Below, piece by piece: positions 43,645 through 55,118 of a stretch of 64,000 nucleotides of DNA. Below the pieces are notes generated by a model. That model worked only from the letters and a program-made list of their open reading frames with translations. It was not told the DNA's origin and did not search any database. The DNA comes from an uncultured Pseudomonadales bacterium (GTDB lineage Bacteria > Patescibacteriota > Microgenomatia > UBA1400 > PJMF01): positions 117,452 through 181,451 of the forward strand of contig CAZUHV010000002.1 in assembly GCA_964620965.1 (NCBI GenBank), written 5' to 3'. Made by a program: the position numbers and the translations under genes. The number at the start of each line of letters is the position of its first letter. The stretch's first letter is position 1.

Positions 43645-44554
43645 CGGATATAAAGTTTCAATTATTGGCTGTGGTAAGGTTGGTATGACAACTGCATACT
43701 CACTGCTTCATGACGGCGTCATTAATGAATTACTCCTAGTTGGCAGATCTAAAGAAAAAATCATTGGTGAGCAACTCGACCTCGAACATGGTTTGAGCTT
43801 TATGCATCACGTAAAAGTTGATTCTACTGATGACTACAAAGACCTTAAAAATAGCGACATTGTCATTTTTACTGCCGGAGCTGCACAAAAACCAGGAGAC
43901 ACAAGACTAGATCTAACCCAAAAAAATCTAGCAATTATCGAAGACGTTATTCCAAAAATTGTTGCGAACGCTCCAGACGCAGTGATTTTGATCGTAACAA
44001 ATCCTGTTGATATCCTTACGTACCGTGCATATCAGATTGCAGGACTTCCAAAAGGAAGAATTTTTGGTTCCGGAACAACTCTAGATACGGCACGTTTTAG
44101 ATTTCATTTATCTGAATTCTTAAAACTTAACCCAAAAAGCATTCATGCATATGTACTTGGAGAACATGGAGACCATTCATTCCCAGCCATATCTAGTGCC
44201 TCAGTCGGTGGACAACCACTTTCTACACTACCGGGATTTTCTGAAGAAAGAGTAGAGCGCGCGTATCTTGCTGCAAGGAATGCAGCATATAAAATTATTG
44301 CCTCAAAAGGAGCCACTTATTATGCAATTGGTGCTGTTGTCGCCCATATTGTTAGAAAAATTTTAACTGATGCAAAATCTATCCTACCAGTTTCAGTTCC
44401 ACTACATCAGTATCATGACATTAGTGGAATCGCTTTAAGTGTGCCTTGTGTAGTTGGAAGAAATGGAGTAGAAAAAACTCTAGAAATCAAGCTCTCTTGG
44501 GATGAAAAACAGAAGCTTCACCAGGCAGCAGAAACTCTTAAAAAATTTCTATAG
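43634..44554 (+). CDS. L-lactate/malate dehydrogenase (LDH/MDH family)
   Basis: VSIIGCGKVGMTTAYSL is the Rossmann motif, with IFTAGAAQKPGDTRLDL and GEHGDHSFPA nearby. Confidence 0.8.
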   Translation: MKDNGYKVSIIGCGKVGMTTAYSLLHDGVINELLLVGRSKEKIIGEQLDLEHGLSFMHHVKVDSTDDYKDLKNSDIVIFTAGAAQKPGDTRLDLTQKNLAIIEDVIPKIVANAPDAVILIVTNPVDILTYRAYQIAGLPKGRIFGSGTTLDTARFRFHLSEFLKLNPKSIHAYVLGEHGDHSFPAISSASVGGQPLSTLPGFSEERVERAYLAARNAAYKIIASKGATYYAIGAVVAHIVRKILTDAKSILPVSVPLHQYHDISGIALSVPCVVGRNGVEKTLEIKLSWDEKQKLHQAAETLKKFL

Positions 44555-44599
44555 GATTGGCAATTACTTAAATTGTCTGCTAAAAGTTATAAAAAATAA

Positions 44600-45460
44600 T
44601 TATAATTGACATACCGGGCAAAAATATGTGCCCCTACCACCAATTTTGATTTTTTGAATCTTTTTTGAGCAATTTTGACAGGGTTCGCCTTCTTTTCCAT
44701 ATACTCTGACTTTTTCTTGATATTTCCCAGCAAAACCATCAACCGTTCTATAATTATCTATTGTCGCACCACCAAGCTCTATCCCTAAAGAAATTACTTC
44801 TTTGAGTGAATCTAAAAGTATCTCTATTTCAGATTTGGATAAACTGTTTGCACTTCTTCTTGGGTCAATCTTTGCTAAATGCAACCCATCACATGCATAA
44901 ATATTACCAACTCCGGAAATTATTGAGTTATCCATAATAACTTGTTTAATATTTCTATTTGTCTTTTTGAGTTTCTCTGCAAAATATTCTAAAGTTGCAG
45001 CTTGTGTATGAACGTCTGGTCCATACTTTTCAAACTCTTTTTGGACCTCTAAATCTGTTGCAACTTTTACCCAACCAAAGATCCTCATATCATTAAAAAA
45101 AAGTTTACTCTGCTCCTGATTTTCTTCACTCAAAGAAAACTGAATTCTTGAGTGTTTACTTGGTAACTCAGAAACCCAATCTGCTGTTGGATGCCCACCT
45201 CCAAGTCGTGCTCCATCTGCCCCAATAAAAATAAACTGGCCAGTCATTTTTAAATGAGCTAAAAGATTACTATTATCTGTTAACTGAATCCTAATTAACT
45301 TAGCTCTTCTGGAAACTGAACAAACTTGCTTGCCTACTACAAACTCTAGTGCTCCTTGAAAACTTTTAGGATGCAAAACAGTAACTTCGTCAATGTATTT
45401 TCCAGGCAAAACTTGACTTAGTCTCCTCACAATCGTCTCAACTTCTGGAAGTTCTGGCAT
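44600..45460 (-). CDS. mutM: formamidopyrimidine-DNA glycosylase
   Basis: N-terminal MPELPEVETI and a C-terminal zinc finger CQNCSKKIQKIKIGGRGTYFCPVCQ. Confidence 0.9.
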   Translation of the reverse strand: MPELPEVETIVRRLSQVLPGKYIDEVTVLHPKSFQGALEFVVGKQVCSVSRRAKLIRIQLTDNSNLLAHLKMTGQFIFIGADGARLGGGHPTADWVSELPSKHSRIQFSLSEENQEQSKLFFNDMRIFGWVKVATDLEVQKEFEKYGPDVHTQAATLEYFAEKLKKTNRNIKQVIMDNSIISGVGNIYACDGLHLAKIDPRRSANSLSKSEIEILLDSLKEVISLGIELGGATIDNYRTVDGFAGKYQEKVRVYGKEGEPCQNCSKKIQKIKIGGRGTYFCPVCQL

Positions 45461-45837
45461 TATCTTTTTCTTTTATCAATCTTATCTAACCTTTTTGAGA
45501 TATTAATTGGTCTTAAACCAAGTTGAGTTCTCATTGTTGTTGCAATATATACAATCCAATCTCGTAGTGAATGTTTTTCTTCTCCCAAAGCTTCTTCATA
45601 CAAACTGAGTAAGCGTTTTTCTAGTTGAAACATTCTTTGCTTTAATTTACGTTGTTTGTGTTTTTTAGTATTTTCTTGAGAGAAATCTACAACATCAGTT
45701 TGCAGTTCTTGAAACTTTAATTTAGCCTGCTGCAGTCTTTCTGTAAGAGGGGTAGGTTCAACAACTTGCCAATCTTCAAAGAAATAGCCTGGAACAGAAC
45801 AACCTGCTTCTAACATACCTGTACGACCAGTAATCAT
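45460..45837 (-). CDS. hypothetical protein (basic, coiled-coil-rich C-terminus)
   Basis: A 125-aa ORF whose stop overlaps the mutM start (ATGA). Confidence 0.45.
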   Translation of the reverse strand: MITGRTGMLEAGCSVPGYFFEDWQVVEPTPLTERLQQAKLKFQELQTDVVDFSQENTKKHKQRKLKQRMFQLEKRLLSLYEEALGEEKHSLRDWIVYIATTMRTQLGLRPINISKRLDKIDKRKR

Positions 45838-45949
45838 AGCGACCTTTCTTCTAGCTTAATTACCCAAATTATACACAGCATCCTATTTTTTTGTTGCTTT
45901 GTTTTTCTTACGACCTTATTGTCAAGGTTAAAGGTAAAGAAATTATATT

Positions 45950-45987
45950 GTGGAATAAAAAATAGCCCCAAAGGGGCTAAAAACATT
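45950..45987 (-). terminator. rho-independent terminator downstream of tRNA-Lys
   Basis: On the minus strand, AGCCCC-TTT-GGGGCT forms a hairpin followed by ATTTTTTATT. Confidence 0.45.
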
Positions 45988-46064
45988 TGGTGAGTCCGCT
46001 GGGACTCGAACCCAGGACGCACAGCTTAAAAGGCTGTCGCTCTAACCGACTGAGCTACGGACCC
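45988..46064 (-). tRNA. tRNA-Lys (anticodon TTT), CCA encoded
   Basis: The reverse complement GGGTCCGTAGCTCAGTCGGTTAGAGCGACAGCCTTTTAAGCTGTGCGTCCTGGGTTCGAGTCCCAGCGGACTCACCA folds as a cloverleaf with anticodon loop CTTTTAA. Confidence 0.85.
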
Positions 46065-46200
46065 TCACAAATAATGTTAATCAAGAAGGGTATTATAGCA
46101 AAGAATACCTTAAAAGAGAACAATTAAAAACAATATAAATAATAAGTCTTGCAAAATCTCGAGTTTTTTAAGATACTAGATACATACCATCTAAAATCTT

Positions 46201-48138
46201 ATGCTTAATACAAAAAAATTACTCTACATATTGCCAGATCTAGCTTATATCGCAGAACTACTCCCTGCGAAGAAGGAGTATACTTTTTCTATTCAGGCGT
46301 TTAAACAAATAAATGGTGAATTCATTACCGAAAATGAGCTTATCCCAACAAGCATTGAAAAATTATTCTCAAAACTAGAAAAAGAAGAATATCACCTGGT
46401 ACTCCCAGATTTTCTATTTACAAATACCATCGTCAATGTCGAAGGAACTTCTAAAACAGCTGTTCTTGAACATGTTGAAACAAATTTGCTTCCAGACTTA
46501 GAACTTTCCAAAGATACGCATGAAATTGAGACAACTGTTCTTACAAGCTTCAAAGGCAATTCAAAGGTTCAAATTTCAGCAATAGAGAAAAGTGTTCTTG
46601 CTCCATTAAGAGCAATGGTCAAAAAATCAGAAGTGAAAATTTCAGCTGTTTCTCCACTTTCTTGGATAATCAAAGCCATAGTTTCACTCGAACCATCTAT
46701 CACAGTTTTACAAATGGGTTCACACCTCTATGCGGCTCAACACTACATAGGAGTTGATCAAGCAAGTAGCTTTCCGTTAGAAGAGTACGACGCAATCGTA
46801 GAAACAATTAAAACACTCAAAGGGGCAGAGCCGTCTATCCAGTCTGTCTATTTAGCATCAAGTGCTCTAGTTGAAGAAGATATTAAAGATAAACTTTCTG
46901 ATACATTACCTATACAACAGCTAGCTACTTTTAAAGAAGATGACTCTAAAATGCCTTCTTATGTTAAATTCATCATAGAATCATCAATGAGAACTTTGTC
47001 GATTCCTGATTTTCCTGTTCCTCAGTTTGAGTTAGGTAAACCAAGTGAGGAAGACCTCAATTCTCTGACAACCCCTATCCCTGTCACAAAAACCGAAGAT
47101 TCAGAAGAAATAACAGATAATTCTGAAGACACATTACCAGAACCTTCTGTTCCAGAAAAAGTAAAAGAAACTGAACTTTTAGGAAAAACTGAAACAAGTA
47201 GTAAAACAGTTGAACCTGCCTCAACGGATCTACCAGCTCCTTCTATGGTGCCTCCAGTAGTACCTCCAGAGTCAGAAGATTCAGAGAAAGAGACTATGCC
47301 TGAAGATACAAAAAAAGCTACCAAACCTGAGGTAACGGAAACAGAAAGTAAAGAAGAGGCTGAACTCCCATCAATCCCAGAAATAGAAACTACACCTGAA
47401 GTAGAAGCAGATACCGATCAAACAGAAAGTGCTGAAACTAAATCTGATGAAGTCAAACCAATTGCAACAGATAGTTCTGAAACCAAATCACAAGAAAAGA
47501 GCGAAATTGACCTTTCACAGTTCGCAAATAAAGAATCAGATGATGACAATGGTCTTGCTGTAGAAAGTACGACTCCAAGTAAAACTTCAGAAACGCCTGA
47601 GGCTACCCCTATTAAAAATCTTGACAAACCACAAAAAAAGGTTATAAAGAACTCATCAGGAGTAAATAATATGCTCAAAATGGTTTTCATAACAGTCGCT
47701 GTTTTCTTTATTACAATCGCAATCGGTGTAGGCGTTGGACTTGGGTTATTGAAAATGTCTGATAAACAACCTAAAGAGACTGCATCCACAGTTGTTGAAA
47801 CTACCCCAGAACCTACCGCAACTCCTACTCCAACCCCAGAACCCGTTGAGATCAAAAAAGATGAGCTTTCTATACTTGTTGTTAACGCAACAACAAAAGC
47901 TGGATACGCAGGTAAAATAAAGACGCTTTTAGTTGCTGCAGAAATCGAAGATATCTCTGCGGGTAATGCCAAAGGAGAGTATGAAGAAGGCACTGATTAT
48001 GTTCTTATGAAAGAAGAAAATCCATCTTTACAAAAACTTCTTGAAGAATCAACAGAGCTTACTTTTGAGTATTCAGCAGATATCGAAACAGAAGACGCAG
48101 CTGGCAAATATGATGCGGTCATAGTTCTGGCAAAGTAA
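46201..48138 (+). CDS. membrane protein with a cytoplasmic N-terminal domain, a long acidic Pro/Glu/Thr-rich linker, one TM, and an extracytoplasmic LytR_C-like domain
   Basis: TM FITVAVFFITIAIGVGVGLGLL. The C-terminal ILVVNATTKAGYAGKIKTLL...YDAVIVLAK is LytR_C-like. The linker is rich in PE/TE/TPTPTPEP. Confidence 0.6.
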   Translation: MLNTKKLLYILPDLAYIAELLPAKKEYTFSIQAFKQINGEFITENELIPTSIEKLFSKLEKEEYHLVLPDFLFTNTIVNVEGTSKTAVLEHVETNLLPDLELSKDTHEIETTVLTSFKGNSKVQISAIEKSVLAPLRAMVKKSEVKISAVSPLSWIIKAIVSLEPSITVLQMGSHLYAAQHYIGVDQASSFPLEEYDAIVETIKTLKGAEPSIQSVYLASSALVEEDIKDKLSDTLPIQQLATFKEDDSKMPSYVKFIIESSMRTLSIPDFPVPQFELGKPSEEDLNSLTTPIPVTKTEDSEEITDNSEDTLPEPSVPEKVKETELLGKTETSSKTVEPASTDLPAPSMVPPVVPPESEDSEKETMPEDTKKATKPEVTETESKEEAELPSIPEIETTPEVEADTDQTESAETKSDEVKPIATDSSETKSQEKSEIDLSQFANKESDDDNGLAVESTTPSKTSETPEATPIKNLDKPQKKVIKNSSGVNNMLKMVFITVAVFFITIAIGVGVGLGLLKMSDKQPKETASTVVETTPEPTATPTPTPEPVEIKKDELSILVVNATTKAGYAGKIKTLLVAAEIEDISAGNAKGEYEEGTDYVLMKEENPSLQKLLEESTELTFEYSADIETEDAAGKYDAVIVLAK

Positions 48139-48271
48139 CAAATTGTCTCTTGCCCTTAAAAAAAAGCACGATATAATTCTTTTTGTGTATGCATATCTAG
48201 TATGCATTCACGTTGTTGGTTAAATAAGAAACTTAAAGTAGTAGATAATATTTAATAAAAAGAAAAACAAC

Positions 48272-49216
48272 ATGTCAGCAAGTGGTTTACACATCTCAAT
48301 TTCAGCTGAAAAGCTGTTCTCAGTAGGTAACTTGGTTATTACCAATTCAATGTTTACAAGTATGGTTGTCAGTGCAATTCTCATTGCCTTTGCATTCGCA
48401 GTAAACATGCAACTTAAGAAGACAGATAGACCAAGAGGGCTTCAAAACTTCGCAGAATTCATTATTGAAGCACTTCACGGGTTAGTAAACGGAGTAACGG
48501 GTGACTTGAAAAAGACCCGTCTTTTTTTTCCTGTTATTGCGAGCTTCTTCCTTTGGATTTTACTTAATAACTGGCTTGGACTCGTTCCTGGTGTAGGCAC
48601 TATCAGAATTGTCGAAAAATCTGAAGAAACTACAGAAGAATACATGGAAATTCAAGAAACAGAACAAGAAGAAACAGTAAAAGAAATCGAAGAACATTCC
48701 GGACTCATTGAAACAGTGCACGCTTCAGAACCCGTTGTTGAAGAAATAAGTTCTGAAGTAGTTGAATTAGAAGAATCTGTTGAACATACAGAAGAAACCG
48801 TTGCGCATGGTCCAAAATATGTTCCTGTCTTTAGACCTGGAACAGCCGACCTCAACACAACCTTAGCATTAGCAATAGTTTCCATCTTCATTACTCAAGT
48901 CTTTGGTATCAAATACTTAAGTCTTGGATACTTCAAAAAATTTATCAACTTCTCGAACCCAATTATGTTTTTTGTTGGAATTCTTGAATTAATTTCAGAG
49001 TTCGCAAAAATTATTTCATTTGCGTTTCGTCTATTTGGAAACATTTTTGCAGGAGAAGTCTTACTTGTTGTTCTTGCTTTCTTAGTTCCAGTAGTTGTCC
49101 CAATGCCATTTTATGGTCTTGAGCTCTTTGTCGGATTTATCCAAGCATTGGTCTTTTCAATGCTTTCATTAGTATTCTTCAACATGGCAACCCACAGCCA
49201 CGAAGGAGAACATTAA
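48272..49216 (+). CDS. atpB: F0F1 ATP synthase subunit a, with an acidic insertion of about 80 aa
   Basis: C-terminal FRLFGNIFAGEVLLVVLAF...FVGFIQALVFSMLSLVF contains the conserved Arg helix. The insert EETTEEYMEIQETEQEETVKEIEEHSG... lies in a loop. Confidence 0.85.
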   Translation: MSASGLHISISAEKLFSVGNLVITNSMFTSMVVSAILIAFAFAVNMQLKKTDRPRGLQNFAEFIIEALHGLVNGVTGDLKKTRLFFPVIASFFLWILLNNWLGLVPGVGTIRIVEKSEETTEEYMEIQETEQEETVKEIEEHSGLIETVHASEPVVEEISSEVVELEESVEHTEETVAHGPKYVPVFRPGTADLNTTLALAIVSIFITQVFGIKYLSLGYFKKFINFSNPIMFFVGILELISEFAKIISFAFRLFGNIFAGEVLLVVLAFLVPVVVPMPFYGLELFVGFIQALVFSMLSLVFFNMATHSHEGEH

Positions 49217-49278
49217 AGATAAATAGTAGTAGTAAATTAGTAAAAAGTAAAAAATATTAATAGTAGGAGAAAAAAATT

Positions 49279-49494
49279 ATGACAACCGAATTTGCAGTCG
49301 CATTCGTTATGGGTCTTGGTTCTATTGGTCCAGCTTTCGCAATTGGTATGCTTGTTTCAAAAGGTCTTGAAGCAATTGGAAGAAATCCAGAAGCTGCAAG
49401 CAAAATCCAAACAAACATGATTCTTGGTATCGCATTTGCTGAAGCTATCGCTATCTACGCACTTGTTGTTGCTTTGATTTTAAAATTTGTTTAA
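49279..49494 (+). CDS. atpE: F0F1 ATP synthase subunit c
   Basis: GLGSIGPAFAIGMLVSKGLEAIGRNPEA...LGIAFAEAIAIYALVVALIL, with SD AGGAG upstream. Confidence 0.9.
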   Translation: MTTEFAVAFVMGLGSIGPAFAIGMLVSKGLEAIGRNPEAASKIQTNMILGIAFAEAIAIYALVVALILKFV

Positions 49495-49525
49495 TAGTTA
49501 TAAGGTCAAACAGTAAAGGAAATAT

Positions 49526-50011
49526 ATGGACATTCAATTAACACAAATACTGTTTCAAGCTATTAACTTTTCTGTAGTTTTAGGTGCATTAACATTTTTA
49601 CTATACAAACCAGTGTTAAAAATGTTTGATGAAAGATCACAAAAAATTGCTGAAGGTCAAAAAGCAGCTGAAACAGCTATAAAAGAAAAAGATGAACTTG
49701 AATCATCTAGAAAAAAGATGGAGTCAGATCTTAAAAAAGAAAGAGCACAAGTACTTAAAGAAGCTCAAGAAGAAGCTAAAGCTAAAGCACAAGACATTGT
49801 AGCTAACGCAAGAAAAGAAGCAAAAGAAGAAAAATCAAAATTGATTGATTCTTGGGAAACAGAAAAAGCTGCATTACTTAAATCAGCAAAACAAGACATG
49901 GCAGATGCTGTTGTCGCGGTTTCAGCTAAAGTAATTGGTAAAGCGCTTGATGCAAAAGCACAATCAAAATTGATTGATTCTGAATTAGAAACAATCTTAA
50001 AGAGTTTGTAA
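49526..50011 (+). CDS. atpF: F0F1 ATP synthase subunit b
   Basis: N-terminal TM followed by a long charged coiled coil; this is position 3 in the operon. Confidence 0.8.
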   Translation: MDIQLTQILFQAINFSVVLGALTFLLYKPVLKMFDERSQKIAEGQKAAETAIKEKDELESSRKKMESDLKKERAQVLKEAQEEAKAKAQDIVANARKEAKEEKSKLIDSWETEKAALLKSAKQDMADAVVAVSAKVIGKALDAKAQSKLIDSELETILKSL

Positions 50012-50013
50012 TT

Positions 50014-50250
50014 ATGAAATCAATATTAAAAGTCACTGTCACATCAGCAGTTTCATTAACAAGTTCACAAGTTAAAAAAATTACTGATGCAGTGGAAAAA
50101 AAACACAAAGAAAGTACAGTCGAGTTAAAACAAGTTGTTGATCCTTCTGTTATTGCAGGATTAAAGATTACTGTTGGATCAGAAGAAATTGATGCAACAG
50201 CATATTCAAAACTTGAAAAACTCCACTTACAAATTAAACAAAGTTTGTAG
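50014..50250 (+). CDS. atpH: F0F1 ATP synthase subunit delta, truncated (78 aa, C-terminal-domain-like only)
   Basis: It sits between atpF and atpA. VVDPSVIAGLKITVGSEEIDATAYSKLEKL resembles the delta C-terminal region. The approximately 100-aa N-terminal helical-bundle domain is absent. Confidence 0.6.
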   Translation: MKSILKVTVTSAVSLTSSQVKKITDAVEKKHKESTVELKQVVDPSVIAGLKITVGSEEIDATAYSKLEKLHLQIKQSL

Positions 50251-50261
50251 TAGAGGCATAC

Positions 50262-51791
50262 ATGAAAAAAAATTCAAAACAAAGTTTTAACCTTTCTATT
50301 GCCGACTTGGTAAGTCAATCAACAGTTACAATCGAAAAGCAAACTGTTGGTACGGTCAAGGCATATGGTGATGGAGTTGTAAAAGTTACCGGTTTAGATG
50401 ATGTTCGAGCTGGAGAGTTAATTGATTTGGGAAATAATCAATTTGGTTTGGCATTGAACTTAGAAAAAGAGGAGACAGGTATCGTTGTTTTGGGTGATGC
50501 TTCTCACTTGAAAGCAGGAGCTACTGTTAAAAAGACTGGAAGAATTCTATCTATTGGTGTTGGCGACGACATTTTGGGAAGAACAGTTGACGTTTTAGGA
50601 AGAGTACTTGACGGTGGAACAGCTATCTCAATTGAAAAAAACATGCTTTTAGAAAAAAAAGCTCCTGGAATTATGCCTCGCCAATCAGTTTCTGTTCCTA
50701 TGCACACCGGTCTTAAAGCAGTAGACGCTTTAGTCCCAATTGGTAGAGGACAACGTGAACTTATTATTGGTGACAGATCCACAGGTAAAACTGCAGTTGC
50801 TTTAGGAGCGATCCTAAACCAAAAAGGAGAAGACTTAATTTGTGTTTATGTTTGTATCGGTCAAAAAAGATCATCTTTGGCTCAAACCATTGAAGTCTTA
50901 GACAAAGCCGGCGCAATGGAGTACACAACCGTTGTTTCTGCAACTGCTTCAGTTTCTGCAGCAGAACAATTCTTAGCTCCATACGCAGGTCAAGCTGTTG
51001 CTGAATACTTCCTAGACAAAGGAAAAGACGTTTTAATTATTTTTGATGATCTCACCAAACATGCACAAGCATATCGTGAAATTTCACTTTTGCTCAAACG
51101 TCCTTCTGGTCGTGAGGCATATCCTGGTGACGTTTTTTATCTTCACTCAAGATTACTAGAAAGAGCATGTAGACTAAACAAAGACAATGGTGGTGGTTCT
51201 ATTACAGCATTACCTATCATTGAAACACAAGGTAATGACGTTTCTGCATTTATTCCAACAAACGTTATTTCTATCACAGATGGTCAAATTTATCTTGAAT
51301 CAGACCTATTTAACGCAGGTATGAAACCAGCTATTAACGTTGGTCTTTCAGTTTCTCGTGTTGGTGGTGCTGCTCAGGTTAAAGCAACCAAACAAGTTGC
51401 TGGTACTATGAAGCTCGACCTTGCTCAATTTAGAGAACTCCAAGCTTTTGCACAATTTAGTTCAGACTTAGACGACAAAACAAAAGCCCAACTTGATAGA
51501 GGTGAAAGAGTTAATGCGATCCTTAAACAAGGATGGGATAAACCACTTAAAATGGAAGAACAGGTTGTTGTTATATACGCAGCTGTCAAAGGTTATTTAG
51601 ATAAAGTAGCAGTTGATGACATTCAAAAATGGGAAGCAGCATATCTTGAAACAATCAAAGGTTCTTACCAAGTAATATTAGAAAGTATTGTCAAAGAACA
51701 AAAACTTACTGAAGAAACCGAAGCTCAGCTCGTGGATGCAATACAAACTTTCAATAACATGCATTCTGAACTAGTTTCTCAAGAAGAGTAA
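50262..51791 (+). CDS. atpA: F0F1 ATP synthase subunit alpha
   Basis: P-loop GDRSTGKTAVALGAILNQ, with a beta-barrel N-terminus and a helical C-terminus. Confidence 0.95.
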   Translation: MKKNSKQSFNLSIADLVSQSTVTIEKQTVGTVKAYGDGVVKVTGLDDVRAGELIDLGNNQFGLALNLEKEETGIVVLGDASHLKAGATVKKTGRILSIGVGDDILGRTVDVLGRVLDGGTAISIEKNMLLEKKAPGIMPRQSVSVPMHTGLKAVDALVPIGRGQRELIIGDRSTGKTAVALGAILNQKGEDLICVYVCIGQKRSSLAQTIEVLDKAGAMEYTTVVSATASVSAAEQFLAPYAGQAVAEYFLDKGKDVLIIFDDLTKHAQAYREISLLLKRPSGREAYPGDVFYLHSRLLERACRLNKDNGGGSITALPIIETQGNDVSAFIPTNVISITDGQIYLESDLFNAGMKPAINVGLSVSRVGGAAQVKATKQVAGTMKLDLAQFRELQAFAQFSSDLDDKTKAQLDRGERVNAILKQGWDKPLKMEEQVVVIYAAVKGYLDKVAVDDIQKWEAAYLETIKGSYQVILESIVKEQKLTEETEAQLVDAIQTFNNMHSELVSQEE

Positions 51792-51792
51792 T

Positions 51793-54077
<2,285 letters not shown>

Positions 54078-54079
54078 TT

Positions 54080-54502
54080 ATGAAACATATTTTGTTAACT
54101 GTTGTCTCACAAGAAAAACAGTTACTCAAAACACAAGTCGAACAAATCACAGCTCCTACAGTAACTGGTGAAATCACTGTTTTGCCTGAGCACATTGGCT
54201 TATTTAGTAAACTCGAAACCGGGGAGCTCAAATACATTGTTGATGGTAAAGAAGAATCTCTCGTTATTTCTGATGGATTTATTACTGTATCTCCAGACAG
54301 TACTGTAACAATAATGGTAGACACTGCAAAATTCGCACGAGATATTTCCCTTGCTAAAGCTGAAGAAGCTGTTCAAGCTGCAAAAGAGACTATCAAAGCA
54401 TCTCCAGAAGACCGAAGAGAACTATTAATGGCGGAAGCATCATTAAAGCGTGCATTACTAGAAATCAGAGTTGCTCAAAAAACACGAAAAACTTCAATTT
54501 AA
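54080..54502 (+). CDS. atpC: F0F1 ATP synthase subunit epsilon
   Basis: 140 aa at position 8 in the operon. The N-terminal beta-sandwich (VVSQEKQLLKTQVEQITAPTVTGEITVLPEH) is followed by a helical hairpin. Confidence 0.85.
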   Translation: MKHILLTVVSQEKQLLKTQVEQITAPTVTGEITVLPEHIGLFSKLETGELKYIVDGKEESLVISDGFITVSPDSTVTIMVDTAKFARDISLAKAEEAVQAAKETIKASPEDRRELLMAEASLKRALLEIRVAQKTRKTSI

Positions 54503-54546
54503 CTAAAAAAAATAAACCAATTTCCAGAGTAAACTATAAAAAAAAC

Positions 54547-54574
54547 TTGCTGAATAAAAAAACTACTATATACT
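54547..54574 (+). promoter_or_regulatory. putative promoter TTGCTG-N16-TATACT for greA copy 2, giving a near-leaderless transcript
   Basis: The hexamers lie at 54547-54552 and 54569-54574. The ATG at 54585 is about 3-4 nt from the predicted transcription start. Confidence 0.3.
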
Positions 54575-54584
54575 ATTCACTGTT

Positions 54585-55073
54585 ATGACAAATACAAAAA
54601 TAGCCATAAATAACCAAATCGAAATAACAAAAGAGGGTTTAGAAGAAATTAAAGCTGAACTCCAAGAGCTTGCTGACGTCAAGTTACCAGCAATTATTAA
54701 GCGTGTAGCAAAAGCCCGTGAACATGGAGATCTCTCAGAAAATGCAGAGTACCATTCTGCTCGAGATGACCAACAGCTTATGCAAGCACGTATCGATGAA
54801 CTACAAAACATTGTTGACAATGCTGTCGTAGTTAAAAACACCAGAAGCCAAAACAAAGTTGGCATGGGCTCTGTTGTAACAATTCAAAAAGTTGGTACTA
54901 AAAAAGATAAAACTGTTTCTATCGTTGGCGAATTCGAAGCTGACCCAGCAGCAAATAAAATTTCTAGTGGATCTCCATTAGGGGCTGCTTTAATCGGTAA
55001 GAAGAAGGGTGACCGTATTTTAGTGAAAGCTCCAGCGGGGGAAATAGAGTACGAAATTATAAAAATTCAATAA
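54585..55073 (+). CDS. greA: transcription elongation factor GreA (copy 2)
   Basis: REHGDLSENAEYHSARDDQQLMQARIDELQN and a C-terminal FKBP-like domain. Confidence 0.8.
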   Translation: MTNTKIAINNQIEITKEGLEEIKAELQELADVKLPAIIKRVAKAREHGDLSENAEYHSARDDQQLMQARIDELQNIVDNAVVVKNTRSQNKVGMGSVVTIQKVGTKKDKTVSIVGEFEADPAANKISSGSPLGAALIGKKKGDRILVKAPAGEIEYEIIKIQ

Positions 55074-55086
55074 AAAGAAAAAAGAT

Positions 55087-55118
55087 AAGCCCCGCACCAA
55101 GCGGGGCTTTTTATTATT
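55087..55118 (+). terminator. rho-independent terminator
   Basis: AAGCCCCGC-ACCAA-GCGGGGCTT forms a hairpin followed by TTTTATTATT. Confidence 0.6.

Noticed and set aside
45834-46022. A 62-aa minus-strand ORF overlapping tRNA-Lys.
   Set aside because: Its sequence is the tRNA-Lys gene and its terminator. The translation MRPGFESQRTHQ is simply the tRNA read in frame.
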